Assembly (NCBI GenBank): GCA_963718565.1 | Contig: OY970364.1 | Span: 32,001 to 96,000 of the forward strand | Reading direction: 5' to 3' | Origin: an uncultured Verrucomicrobiae bacterium | Lineage (GTDB): Bacteria > Chlamydiota > Chlamydiia > Chlamydiales > Rhabdochlamydiaceae | Length of the DNA: 64,000 bases | Shown here: in pieces, positions 9,426 through 19,147 of the stretch | Numbering within the stretch: the first letter of the stretch is position 1 | How the letters are laid out: each line of letters starts with the position of its first letter | The notes under the pieces: model-generated | Seen by the model: only the letters and a program-made list of their open reading frames with translations | Told to the model about the DNA's origin: nothing | The model's database searches: none | Program-made: the position numbers and the translations under genes

Positions 9426-10826
9426 ATGGTGGAAGAACTTTACGCTGATTTTGTCGTCATTGGATCGGGTCCCGCTGGTCAGAAAGCTGCAATACAGGCC
9501 GCAAAGCTTGGGAAGAGCGTTATTGTCATAGAAAAGGATTCGCACCCAGGAGGTGCGTCGCTGAATTCGGGGACGATCCCTTCGAAATCTTTAAGAGAGG
9601 CGATCCTTGATTTAACCGACTTTTACGAGCGCAGTTTTTATGGTCAAGATCGCGTGATCCGTGAGATTTCAATCAATGATTTGAATTATAGGCTCAATAT
9701 CGTTCTTGAGGAGCAGCGCAAAATGCTGCTGCGGCAATTTGAGAAAAATAACATCCGTTTGATGCACGGCATCGCGCGTTTTCAGGATAGGAATCACATT
9801 GCTGTCATTAGTGAGGGTGGAAGTTCTCAATTCCGCATTACTGCAGACTACAGTTTGATTGCTACAGGCTCTAAACCGCGCAATCCCATCAATGTGCCTT
9901 TTGATAAAGAAAAGATCTTGGATTCAACGCGCTTACTTTCGATCGATCACGTGCCCAAAACGCTCATCGTTCTTGGCGGAGGGATTCTCGGTGCCGAGTA
10001 CGCAAGTTTTTTTGCTGCATTAGGAACAGAAGTGATCGTTGTCGATAGACGAGAGCACCTTTTGCCGCTTTTAGATCATGAGATCGGAATGCACTTGCAA
10101 AAAGCGCTAGGTACCATCGGTTTAAAATTTATTGGCAATAAAGAAGTCGATGATATTCGGCGCGTCGATGACCATGCTGAGGTTTGTTTTAAAGACGGCA
10201 GCAAAATGCAGTGTGAAATGCTGCTTTACGCTCTTGGAAGGGAAGCAAATGTCGATAAGCTTCAGATTGAAAATGTAGGAATTTTTCTCGACGAGTGGGG
10301 CTATATTCCCGTCAATGCTTTGTTTCAGACTATTGTTCCGAACATTTATGCCGCCGGCGATGTGATCGGCGCGCCTGCGCTCGCATCGACAAGCATGGAG
10401 CAAGGGAGGTTGGCCGCACGTCATGCTTTCGGAGCGAAAACACATCACTTTCCCTCATTTTATCCTATTGGCATTTATACGATTCCAGAAATTTCTTCTT
10501 GTGGTTATACTGAAAGTGAACTTAAAGAGCTCGGTTTCCGTTATGAGATTGGGCGTGCATATTATTATGAGATAGCGCGCAATCAGATTGTCGGGAACGA
10601 CCCAGGAATGTTTAAAATCTTATTCCACGCTGAAACGTTGGAAATTTTGGGCATTCACATCATTGGCCGGGCAGCGACAGAAGTGATCCACATTGGCCAA
10701 GTGGCGATGAGTTTTAATGCTCGGATTGATTATTTTATCGATCAGATTTTCAATTATCCCACGTATGCTGAAGGTTATCGAATTGCGGCTTTGAACGGAT
10801 TCAACAAAGTCAAGCATAGGAAATAA
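9426..10826 (+). CDS. sthA: Soluble NAD(P) transhydrogenase
   Basis: GSGPAG; GTIPSKSLRE without the redox cysteine pair; GIYTIPEIS; FNYPT. Confidence 0.88.
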   Translation: MVEELYADFVVIGSGPAGQKAAIQAAKLGKSVIVIEKDSHPGGASLNSGTIPSKSLREAILDLTDFYERSFYGQDRVIREISINDLNYRLNIVLEEQRKMLLRQFEKNNIRLMHGIARFQDRNHIAVISEGGSSQFRITADYSLIATGSKPRNPINVPFDKEKILDSTRLLSIDHVPKTLIVLGGGILGAEYASFFAALGTEVIVVDRREHLLPLLDHEIGMHLQKALGTIGLKFIGNKEVDDIRRVDDHAEVCFKDGSKMQCEMLLYALGREANVDKLQIENVGIFLDEWGYIPVNALFQTIVPNIYAAGDVIGAPALASTSMEQGRLAARHAFGAKTHHFPSFYPIGIYTIPEISSCGYTESELKELGFRYEIGRAYYYEIARNQIVGNDPGMFKILFHAETLEILGIHIIGRAATEVIHIGQVAMSFNARIDYFIDQIFNYPTYAEGYRIAALNGFNKVKHRK

Positions 10827-10832
10827 AATCGA

Positions 10833-11318
10833 ATGGCGATCTACGATTTCTCGAAAACGGAAAAGAATGACCTTAATGCTTCTACGCTTTGCCAACATCG
10901 CAGTTTTGAAGAAAAAGAATTTTCCGCGGAACCAGAAATGCCCGAAACGCTTCAGAACAGAGTGAAAACACGCGATCGCTTCTTCTCTTCGCTTGCAGCA
11001 CGCTTGTTTTTTTTGTTGCTGCTTGGCGGAAATCTACTTTGGACCTGCTATGCTTTGATCCGATTGTCTTTTTCCTTAATCGGTCGTCTGCTTACAGCAG
11101 ATAAAGTCGCCGTTTTTAAATCTATTGGCGAAAAAGCCTGGGTGTCTTTACTGCGATCCCTTATTTGCGGCGTTTCGTTGTTCTTCGCTTTATTTAGCCC
11201 GGCTTTTGGAATTATGATCGCCTGTACTTACTTTCTGATGTATGACAAATCAGGAATCCAAGAAGTCATTCCTTCCTCACTGCAGTCGCAGTTCAAAGAG
11301 TTTTTCCCGAAAGAGTAG
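10833..11318 (+). CDS. Hypothetical membrane protein
   Basis: 161-aa ORF with two to three hydrophobic segments, 6 bp after sthA. Confidence 0.65.
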   Translation: MAIYDFSKTEKNDLNASTLCQHRSFEEKEFSAEPEMPETLQNRVKTRDRFFSSLAARLFFLLLLGGNLLWTCYALIRLSFSLIGRLLTADKVAVFKSIGEKAWVSLLRSLICGVSLFFALFSPAFGIMIACTYFLMYDKSGIQEVIPSSLQSQFKEFFPKE

Positions 11319-11380
11319 AGGGAATTGCAAGACTAACGACCAAAAAATCACTTTTTGGTCGTTAGTCTTGTAATTGCGTG
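11318..11380. mobile_element. Family A variant MITE with a degenerate right end
   Basis: GAGGGAATTGCAAGACTAACGACCAAAAA ... TTTTTGGTCGTTAGTCTTGTAATT hairpin, overlapping the stop codon at 11318. Confidence 0.75.
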
Positions 11381-11430
11381 AAAAATTCTTGGAAAATCCG
11401 CATCTTTTGCAAAAACGAGTCCATAGTTTT

Positions 11431-12035
11431 TTAGGTTGGGATGCATGACCACCCTTTTTTTACCAAAAGAGAGATTAATCCGTCTCCAGTCTCCACATGA
11501 TCGGGAAAGTGATCACACCCTACCGCGAAGAAAGGCAAAAGGGATTTTTCATTGAGGGCTTTGTCCATCTGATCGCTCATCGTGATATTTCTATCGGTTA
11601 TCAAACATTGTAAGACCCCTAGACCATCGTGTTTGCCAACTGCATATTGTACAAGCTTATGAAGGTGTTGTGAGAGTTCATTGGAACTCCCCTTTTCCCA
11701 GCATTGCCGTATTTCAGTCAAATCAGTCAAAGTAGGATAGGGGAAGAAAGGGTTGGACAGACTCACGGCTCGGAAATGATCGCGCTCGCTTTCTAAACTT
11801 ATGACTTGCTTGCCCATTGCTTTGGCTTGCTCTGTAAGCTTAAGGTCCATCGCACCTAATTTTTGACCAAATCGTGATGTAAACCATTTAGCTATTTCTT
11901 TATGTCTACAAAAACGTGTGATGTCTATTTCTGGGAAAAAGGCATTACATTTAGCAAAAGCTTTTTGAATTTTAGGGCGAAACTTGAAGAATTCGACTGG
12001 AATACAATGAGAAGTAGCTAGGGCGTAGCCGCGTG
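11431..12035 (-). pseudogene. TraB/GumN (TIKI)-like protein, 5' end replaced by a family C MITE
   Basis: ATSH, MD..L...A...GK.V.SLE, TDRN..M, FFAVGCDH; the only start codon lies inside the repeat. Confidence 0.55.
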
Positions 12036-12156
12036 AAAAACCTATGGCAAGCACTGAATGTCATTTGGATCCATGCCAGGCTTTGCATTTATCGATCTCA
12101 ATCAGGCATGGATCAAAATGGTCTTCAACTTTTGCCATGAGTTTTTAAGGACGTAC
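12036..12156. mobile_element. Palindromic MITE family C, left end truncated
   Basis: Near-identical reverse complement of 62746-62876. Confidence 0.85.
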
Positions 12157-12260
12157 TTTTTAAGCGATGCCGAACGCGCTTAGCTCAGAGCGCAACACAG
12201 ACAAGAACGGGACAAGAGGATCTCTGCAACAGAACCCGCAGAGGACGAGAAGAAGGCACC

Positions 12261-12318
12261 TTGACTGGGTAAAGTCATAGGTGCCGCTATAGATGTTCAT
12301 CGGGCGCTAGGACCTGGC
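12261..12318 (+). pseudogene. GxxExxY protein N-terminal remnant
   Basis: Translates (LT)GKVIGAAIDVHRALGPG, which matches the start of GxxExxY proteins, then diverges. Confidence 0.6.
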
Positions 12319-12801
12319 TCAATTAAAGGAAACGTTCTTCACATCGACCATAGCAATATGCCCATATTTTCTTAAATCGATTGAAAAATTGTGGCCTGAG
12401 GACCAGTGCATGTTGTCAGTGACATTGGTAGGCGGAACACAGAACTTGAAGTCGATTGTACCATTCATCTGTTCAGGTGGAACATGAAAAGTAAATGTTC
12501 TCTCATAGAAATTCGAAGTCGTTTGCTGATCTGCGTGCCGATCCGTTCCCCAGCTGAGAGGCCCCATACTGCCGCGGATGGTGACGGGATGATCGCTCTT
12601 TTCAGACAGTGTAGCGGCAATGCGCACGACTTTTCCCGCTTGTTGGCAAAACGGCTGGTCGAAAGTTGGATTTTCTGAAATCAGCGTCGCATAGGATATG
12701 GCACCTTTTCCAGGTTCAGAAAGATGCGGCAAGAGAGTTTGGATGTCTCGAAAATGTTGAGCAACGATTGTCTGGGGATTCAATTGTGTTTGCGTGGCCA
12801 T
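12319..12801 (-). CDS. Hypothetical protein with a CBM20-like C-terminal domain
   Basis: IRGSMGPLSW...IDFKF...HWSSGHN pattern. Confidence 0.55.
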   Translation of the reverse strand: MATQTQLNPQTIVAQHFRDIQTLLPHLSEPGKGAISYATLISENPTFDQPFCQQAGKVVRIAATLSEKSDHPVTIRGSMGPLSWGTDRHADQQTTSNFYERTFTFHVPPEQMNGTIDFKFCVPPTNVTDNMHWSSGHNFSIDLRKYGHIAMVDVKNVSFN

Positions 12802-12910
12802 AGATACCTCATCTATTTAAGATGTTTTGAAAAAGTCTTTGAACTCAATGAGAGCAAAAACTTAGCTAAAATTTTATATGGCATTAACAAAAACTTTACA
12901 ATCGAAAAAA

Positions 12911-13822
12911 TCATAGATTGAGAATTTCACGATCGTAATGGTCGAGAAGATCCGGATGGTTTACCAATTGTTGGCGCAAAGCCTTTGTCACAGATTTAAT
13001 GTGGGGAATGTAATTTTTTTTGAGCTTCATCTCTTCGTATTGGATGAGGTCGCCCACATCGATATGAATGGCTCGATTGTCAAGAATTCCATAATTTTTG
13101 CGCAGAACAGGATCATTGTTCGCATATCCCTTTTGAGCACATGCCTTGATCAAAAGGATGACATTGCTCACAAGTTTTTTTGCTTCATCGATCCTGTTTT
13201 CGCGAATCAACGTTTCCAACTTGAAAAAAATCAGATCTGCTTTTCGCTGCAAGAGGAATGTCACATCGTCAAGAGAAATGCGATATTCGTTCCTCATTGT
13301 GTCAACAAGAATCACTGATTTGCCTAAGTGATCAGAGCGGTTGATATGCAAAAGAAGCAACCCTGTTTCTTCCTTAAGATTGGAATAACTGTCTTTATAA
13401 CTTTTGAGATTGACGAGCAGTCTTTCTAGATTGTGCTCTTTGATTTTTTGACGATGCTCATTAAATAAATACGAAAATGGGCGATAAGCCCAAGAAAAAC
13501 GACGCATGTGGGAAGCGTAACGATGAAATTTGATCACATATTGCTGATCTTCAGAAACAAAAGCATAACAATGGCAGCCCTTTGCTAAATAGCGGAACTT
13601 TTGCTTCAAAATCTCATCGATGGATACTTCTTCATTAGAGTCTAATGGGGGAAGCTCCCAGTCAGGATTGTCTTTGATGGAAGAATATAAAAAAGCGACG
13701 CAAAAACCATTATTCTGCTTGAAAAACAGACGATTGATATAAAACAAAGCTCCGAAAAATAGCGTGCACGCAGTTAAAAATAGGATTTTATTCTTCCAGA
13801 GCATCGATTTCCATGATCTCAT
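12911..13822 (-). CDS. Membrane-anchored protein with a kinase-like fold, paralog 1
   Basis: YLAKG..CYAF, VIKF, D....NYG, IDVG; N-terminal transmembrane helix. Confidence 0.65.
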   Translation of the reverse strand: MRSWKSMLWKNKILFLTACTLFFGALFYINRLFFKQNNGFCVAFLYSSIKDNPDWELPPLDSNEEVSIDEILKQKFRYLAKGCHCYAFVSEDQQYVIKFHRYASHMRRFSWAYRPFSYLFNEHRQKIKEHNLERLLVNLKSYKDSYSNLKEETGLLLLHINRSDHLGKSVILVDTMRNEYRISLDDVTFLLQRKADLIFFKLETLIRENRIDEAKKLVSNVILLIKACAQKGYANNDPVLRKNYGILDNRAIHIDVGDLIQYEEMKLKKNYIPHIKSVTKALRQQLVNHPDLLDHYDREILNL

Positions 13823-14705
13823 TGAGGCGCTTTTCGCTATGAGAATAGAGTTCTGGATGATATTTTCGTAAGAAGCGAGATAAGCGTTGTGTTTTGTTGA
13901 TGATTTCTTTTTTATAATTGCTGGGATTTTTTACTGTCTCATCGTAATCAAAGGAGCTTAAGTCTAACGTGACGGCTTTCTCATCTATAAACCCAAAGTT
14001 ATTTCTTAAGGAATGGTCGTAATCGCGGAGGCCTTGTTTACAAAGGGTGAGAAGGCAATTGAGAAAATCGTCAATACATTGTTTAGCTTCGTCCATTTTC
14101 TTTTGTTTTGATAGGTATTGCAGATGCGGAAAGAGAAGATCAGCCCTTTTTTGAACCACGAATTCCGTTTTGTCCAAGTCAATGGTATGGTGGATGCCAA
14201 TATTGTCGATCAAGGTCACGGGCTTATGTTTGCCTTGCGTCTTGTTTAAATGGACATAGAGAATTCCTGACCGCTCTTTTGCTTGGGTATAGAGCAGCAT
14301 ACAGCTTTTAAAATTGAATTCTTGAAAATAAGGAACATTTTGAGGCCAAGGGTCGCTCTGGAGAAAGAGTTTTTTAAATGAAAATTTCTTAAAGAAGGAA
14401 GAGAGAAGGAGATGCGAGTGCTTATAGAATTTGAGAACAGTGTGTTGATCTTCTCCCAAAAAGGCAAAGCACCAACCTCCAGATCCTAAAAAAGTAAAGG
14501 ATTGGCCGAGAAGTTTGTCGATATTTTTTTGTTCTTCATCAGTCAGTGGGGGCGCTTCCCAACGCGGTTCATTGGGAAGATTGGATAGGATTAGATAGGG
14601 GCGGAATCCATGCGTTTGCTTTAGACAAAACAAATAGAGACCTGTAAATAAGGTTGACAATATTAAAAAATAAAAAGAGATGCGCACTGTTTTTTTGAGG
14701 ACCAT
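13788..14705 (-). CDS. Membrane-anchored protein with a kinase-like fold, paralog 2
   Basis: FLGSGG..FAF, VLKF, D....NFG, LDLS; similar to the adjacent ORF. Confidence 0.65.
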   Translation of the reverse strand: MVLKKTVRISFYFLILSTLFTGLYLFCLKQTHGFRPYLILSNLPNEPRWEAPPLTDEEQKNIDKLLGQSFTFLGSGGWCFAFLGEDQHTVLKFYKHSHLLLSSFFKKFSFKKLFLQSDPWPQNVPYFQEFNFKSCMLLYTQAKERSGILYVHLNKTQGKHKPVTLIDNIGIHHTIDLDKTEFVVQKRADLLFPHLQYLSKQKKMDEAKQCIDDFLNCLLTLCKQGLRDYDHSLRNNFGFIDEKAVTLDLSSFDYDETVKNPSNYKKEIINKTQRLSRFLRKYHPELYSHSEKRLNEIMEIDALEE

Positions 14706-14706
14706 A

Positions 14707-15826
14707 TACTCTAGAAAATTGAAGTCTGGAGAGGATTGAGTTCAATTGTTTGGAAATTGTCGTTAATTCGCTTTTTCAGCATGTCTTTTAAATTAATAAC
14801 GCCAGTGTTGAAAAAATCTCTAATTTTCTCAGTAAATTCATTGAATTTTGAATACAGTGTATTATAAGTAACACACTCTCTCATAACTTTCCATAAACGC
14901 TCAATAGCATTCAAATTTGGGGAATACGGAGGTAAGTAGTGTATTTGAATTTTGGTTTGGCTATCCAAATATTTTTGCACTTCCTTATTCTTGTTTGATC
15001 TGCCGTTGTCTAAGATTAAGTGGATTTTTTTTGCATCTGTATTAGCCGCTAACGTTTGGAGAAAATCGACCGCACTTGCAGCATCCACAGTGCTATATTC
15101 CTTCGTCACGACTTGCATTGCAGTCAATTCAATGGCACCAATAAAATGCAATCGCTCTTGCTTAGCGGTTGTTCCTAATGTCTTTATTTCGTTTTTTAGG
15201 ATCCACCCAGCCACAGACTGGCTCTGATACTCAGGGTGTACAGCATCTCCAAAGAAAATTTTCTCGCCTTCTTGGAGACCGGCTTTCAATTCATTGTATT
15301 TTTTAAGGAACGCAGCTTGTTTTTCGGGATCGAGCTTTCCTGGTACTTTGATTGGATGTTTATAAACAAATCCATGCCTCTTCAACCAATTTGTCATACC
15401 AGCCACAGTGTATTTCACTTGATATGCGTCTAGAACGTAGAGACAAATTTTGCTCATTTTGAGATACGTTATTTGACTCAAATGTCTCCTCAGCGCATCT
15501 TCTTGGTCTAGGGTTAACTTGGAGGCCTTTCCCAAATGTGGATCATTGATAGTTTTTTGCTTGGCATCGTATTCTCTTTGATAATCATAAACGGACGACT
15601 CGCTAATTCTTAAAATCGCCGCTATTTCCCCTGGACTGTGGCAATCATCCCTACCTAAAATGACGCATACACGGTTCCGTTCGTTGACATCTCTTGTTTT
15701 TTTTACAAGCTGTTCTAAATATAAACGCTGCTCATTGGACAACTTTTGCATAGAAGCATTATCCACTATCGCTGAAATATTTTTTAGGGAAATTTAAAAT
15801 TTTACAGAATCCAATCATGAATAGTA
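14707..15826 (-). mobile_element. IS630 family element, intact copy 1 (1120 bp)
   Basis: Ends TACTATTCATGATTGG and TACTCTAGAAAATTGA flanked by TA; near-identical to the copy at 54849. Confidence 0.93.
14711..15766 (-). CDS. IS630 transposase
   Basis: FGDAVHP, LILDNG, YLPPYSPNLNAIERLW. Confidence 0.93.
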   Translation of the reverse strand: MDNASMQKLSNEQRLYLEQLVKKTRDVNERNRVCVILGRDDCHSPGEIAAILRISESSVYDYQREYDAKQKTINDPHLGKASKLTLDQEDALRRHLSQITYLKMSKICLYVLDAYQVKYTVAGMTNWLKRHGFVYKHPIKVPGKLDPEKQAAFLKKYNELKAGLQEGEKIFFGDAVHPEYQSQSVAGWILKNEIKTLGTTAKQERLHFIGAIELTAMQVVTKEYSTVDAASAVDFLQTLAANTDAKKIHLILDNGRSNKNKEVQKYLDSQTKIQIHYLPPYSPNLNAIERLWKVMRECVTYNTLYSKFNEFTEKIRDFFNTGVINLKDMLKKRINDNFQTIELNPLQTSIF

Positions 15827-15845
15827 TATACTGCAACCATTATTT

Positions 15846-16379
15846 CTAATTGCGTGGGGTTTTGTCTTTGAGGAGATGTGCTTCGGGTAATTCGAGAGTG
15901 AGGAAGCGGCGCTTGCGGTCCTGGCCCATTCCAAGGGAGAGGAACAAGGCTTTGCCTTGAATCTTGAAACCTTTTTCTGGTTCATCGTAAAAAAGAGAAA
16001 ACCAGTCCCGTTTCCAGGCCCGAAATTTGGGCCAACCCATCTGTTTGCCTTTCCGTTTTCCTTTTTTTGATTTTTGATGAACCCGGATTGCTTCACTAAG
16101 TCTCAAAGCGGTATTTTTTAATGGAGAAGAGTGGACGACTTTTAGAAAGGGGTGCTCTTCCTTGAGTTTTGGAAGTTCATTTCTGAGTCCTCTTTCTGTA
16201 TAGAGGGTCTTTGATGCCTCCGGGTTGCCGGAATGGATAAATTCCCGCTTGAGTTCCAGGCTTTTTTCTAGCAGATGATTATAAAGCCAATTACAGATCC
16301 GCGATTGCCCATCGAGCTCAGAAATTGTTTGAGGGTCTGCTTCAATTCTCAGCTTAAGAACCAGATTCTCTTTAGACAT
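15846..16379 (-). pseudogene. tnpB: TnpB, truncated before the RuvC domain
   Basis: CNWLYN..L, VHS..L, GWPKFR; stops at about 177 aa. Confidence 0.8.
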
Positions 16380-16992
16380 TGGCGACCGCATTTTGAAGGT
16401 TGGCCAAAAGCTGTTTGTTCTTATGGCTTCTTGAACCATATAGCCTTGCAGAAAAGACGGTAATGATTTCCAAAACGTCTTTGGCAAGTTCCTCCTCGAA
16501 GGAAGGTTCGTCTCCCTGGTTGGTAATCACCACTTCGACATTTTTGACTGCGCAAAGAGAGAAGACAAGCTCTGCTCCGAATCGCAAAAGGCGGTCTTTA
16601 TGCGTGAGAACCAGGCGGCCAATCTCTCCGTTCATAATTTGCTCAAGCAGTTGTTTTAGCCCACGTTTATTATAGTTCATCCCGGAACCGAGGTCTTTGG
16701 TTACTGAAAACACCCATCCTTTTGCAGAGCAGTAAATTTCTAACATATGGACTTGTCGTTGTAAATCTTCTTTTTGATCATGACTCGAAACTCTTGCGTA
16801 GGCAACAGTTAGACGATCAGAGGTTTTATCTCCGCAATTAAATGGCTGTAACTGAGTGAGACTATAGCGGCGTTGGCCGCCCTGTGTGCGATGACAGGGA
16901 ACGATTTTCTTTTGTCTTTCCCATCGGCGGAGTGTTTGTGGAGACACTCCCAAACATTTTGCTGCTTCCTGAATGCTTAAAAACTTGTTCAT
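16372..16992 (-). CDS. tnpA: IS607 serine recombinase/transposase TnpA
   Basis: MerR-like HTH (LGVSPQTLRRWE), YARVSS, DLGSGMN, HKDRLLRFG, FSARLYG. Confidence 0.93.
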   Translation of the reverse strand: MNKFLSIQEAAKCLGVSPQTLRRWERQKKIVPCHRTQGGQRRYSLTQLQPFNCGDKTSDRLTVAYARVSSHDQKEDLQRQVHMLEIYCSAKGWVFSVTKDLGSGMNYNKRGLKQLLEQIMNGEIGRLVLTHKDRLLRFGAELVFSLCAVKNVEVVITNQGDEPSFEEELAKDVLEIITVFSARLYGSRSHKNKQLLANLQNAVANV

Positions 16993-17073
16993 TCTGATAA
17001 TATATAATCAGGTTTGAATAAGTTCAAGGGATTCTGTTACAAGCCCCAGTCCAAAAATGCGAATTTATAACTT

Positions 17074-17514
17074 CTAAGAGGAGGGCTTGCTTGGTCGTGC
17101 CTTAACGCTGACACCGGAATTAAGATTCACAATCGAGCAAGGATAATCTGGATCTCCGCTAGGGATAATTTTAACAGGAAAAGGAGTGATCCAAATCGCG
17201 GATGTCGGCACATCGCTAGGAGCTATTTCCCAAAGAGAATTGTCCGAAAGTTCGATCTTCTGACCGTTATCAATATTAATGGAAAGGGAGAGTTCAGACT
17301 GCTGGGGTGGTGGCGCTTCTTCTTTAGACTTCAGAACGAAATTCTGATTCAGCCAAGCCTCTAAAGCCGTCTTTTGAGTTCTAGATAAAGTCGCTACCCC
17401 TGTCTTTTTTTGTTCGTCTCGTGACATCACTTCATCGAGGATGATTTGGGCTTGAAGCTGTGACAAAGTCATCACAAACATCGTCAAGAGGAGAGGAAAT
17501 GTTGTATACTGCAT
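17074..17514 (-). CDS. Exported hypothetical protein
   Basis: Signal-peptide-like start MQYTTFPLLLTMFVMTLSQLQA, preceded by GGAG. Confidence 0.65.
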   Translation of the reverse strand: MQYTTFPLLLTMFVMTLSQLQAQIILDEVMSRDEQKKTGVATLSRTQKTALEAWLNQNFVLKSKEEAPPPQQSELSLSINIDNGQKIELSDNSLWEIAPSDVPTSAIWITPFPVKIIPSGDPDYPCSIVNLNSGVSVKARPSKPSS

Positions 17515-17526
17515 AGCTTTCTCCAG

Positions 17527-17556
17527 AAAAAAACCGCTCACGAGTGTGTGAGCGGT
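17527..17556 (-). terminator. Rho-independent terminator of porin copy 1
   Basis: 9-bp stem ACCGCTCAC/GTGAGCGGT followed by a T run on the minus strand. Confidence 0.8.
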
Positions 17557-17581
17557 CATATTCTAAGGGGCTTAAGTAGAG

Positions 17582-18790
17582 TTAGAACGCGAATTCAGCT
17601 CTAAGAGTGAAACCTTGGAAAGAGAGGTTTCCAGGGGCATTGTTATTCATCAAGAAGAAGAAATTGTTCTGATTGAACCAGATTTGATCTTCCCAGCCAG
17701 CGGCAAGTGAAAACATATAAGCGTCATCGCAGAATGCCCACTCGAAGAAGAGGCCAAGCCCGACTTCGAGGACAGCTGTGACATCAAAGATCTTATCTTT
17801 GGTGTTTTCGCTGTTGAACTCTGTGGCCGCAGACGTATTGATTTCTACTTCACGACGTTCATGGAAACGGTTCCACAATGTTGTTACTGCAAAGTCGCCA
17901 TAGCCGCCGAGCCATTTGCAGAAATACCATTGAGTGTCCATACCAGCGCGGAGTCCAACGCCAAATTCCCTTTGTTTGAAGTCGAGTTTGACATTTGATC
18001 CAAGCGGGATCGTAGAAGTTGAAGACGGAACGTCACTTTGATCTCCTATGAATAGGATGTCATCGTATTTGACTTTATACTTCTGGTGCTGCCATGAGAA
18101 TTTCAAGCCGCCAAAAGGTCTCAAAGTCAGAAATTTACTGATGTAAAAATCACGTCCGAGTTCGAGATCGAGGACATTGAAACTGTTCAATCTCCAGTTG
18201 GCCCCCTCTGCACCCATCAGTACAGCTTCTGGGCATGCCGCTGTCGAAAGCCAATAGTCAGACTTAGTAGTGACAGTCTCAACGACGCAGCAATCTTCTT
18301 CTTCTTCATTACTTTCTGCTTTAGAGCGCAGCCATGTGTATTGAGCGTATAAGTCCCAACCGTCATGAGAAAATTTATTGCCGAGGCCGATCTTAAAACC
18401 AGACTCCCATTTAAACTTAGGGCGGAGCACTTCGCCTGAGGTTGCGCTAGCAGGGTTTACTGCTGTGGGAGCATTGGGGACCCCATCATAGGCATAAGCA
18501 AGACCTTCTTCATAAGCTTTCCAGTAGATGTAATCTGCTGTGATGAAAGGATTGAACGATCCATCTGGCTTAGGATTAGCTACAGGAGTGATTTGGTTGT
18601 CACGCCATCTTTGCTCGAACTGCTTTTGGGATTCTGTCTTCTTTTTTTGATTCATCTGATTCTGATTAGACATTTGAGAATTATTGTTTCCATTCCCACT
18701 ACCTTGGCTAATCATGTTATCCACGTCTGCGCAAAGAGGCGCTATTGCTGCGCAGAGCAATGGAATCGTTGTTAGAGAAAATTGCTTCAT
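17582..18790 (-). CDS. MOMP-like (Lpg1974/Legionella OMP type) beta-barrel porin, copy 1
   Basis: Signal peptide; ADYIYWK, GFKIGLG, DGWDLYAQYT, LDLELGR; C-terminal Phe. Confidence 0.85.
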   Translation of the reverse strand: MKQFSLTTIPLLCAAIAPLCADVDNMISQGSGNGNNNSQMSNQNQMNQKKKTESQKQFEQRWRDNQITPVANPKPDGSFNPFITADYIYWKAYEEGLAYAYDGVPNAPTAVNPASATSGEVLRPKFKWESGFKIGLGNKFSHDGWDLYAQYTWLRSKAESNEEEEDCCVVETVTTKSDYWLSTAACPEAVLMGAEGANWRLNSFNVLDLELGRDFYISKFLTLRPFGGLKFSWQHQKYKVKYDDILFIGDQSDVPSSTSTIPLGSNVKLDFKQREFGVGLRAGMDTQWYFCKWLGGYGDFAVTTLWNRFHERREVEINTSAATEFNSENTKDKIFDVTAVLEVGLGLFFEWAFCDDAYMFSLAAGWEDQIWFNQNNFFFLMNNNAPGNLSFQGFTLRAEFAF

Positions 18791-18877
18791 TTCATACCCC
18801 TTGGTTGGATGCCATACACGGCATATTAAAGTGTATAAGTCTTTGGATGAATTTTTTCAAAATGATTTTTTTATAAA

Positions 18878-18927
18878 GAGGGAATTGTAAAACTCCTCGC
18901 CAGCAGAAAATCGATGATTTTGGCACC
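18878..18927. mobile_element. Family A half-element interrupted by a family B end
   Basis: GAGGGAATTGTAAAACTCCTCGCCAGCAGAAAATCGATGATTTTGGCACC matches the reverse complement of the 59352-59462 right arm. Confidence 0.8.
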
Positions 18928-18960
18928 TATACTGCGCCCAGTCTAAAAATGTGAATTTAT
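18928..18960. repeat. Family B terminus TATACTGCGCCCAGTCTAAAAATGTGAATTTAT
   Basis: Related copies at 17045-17068, 31054-31071 and 36651-36668 (reverse). Confidence 0.65.
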
Positions 18961-19092
18961 GGGGCCATTATAACAGCCCATCTTTGAACGATCGCTCTCT
19001 CCCTTTGCGTCTCTGCGGCTTGGCGTCTTTGCGTTTTCGTCTTTCTGCACTACAATATGGGAGAAAACGCAGAGACGCAATTGTGCAAAAAC

Positions 19093-19122
19093 AAAAAAAC
19101 CGCTCACGAATGTGTGAGCGGT
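19093..19122 (-). terminator. Rho-independent terminator of porin copy 2
   Basis: Same stem and T run as 17527-17556. Confidence 0.8.
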
Positions 19123-19147
19123 CATATTCTAAGGGGCTTAAGTAGAG

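Larger units (their letters stand above)
15835..17044 (-). mobile_element. IS607 family element, truncated; ends approximate
   Basis: Overlapping tnpA-tnpB pair; left end lies next to a GG. Confidence 0.8.
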
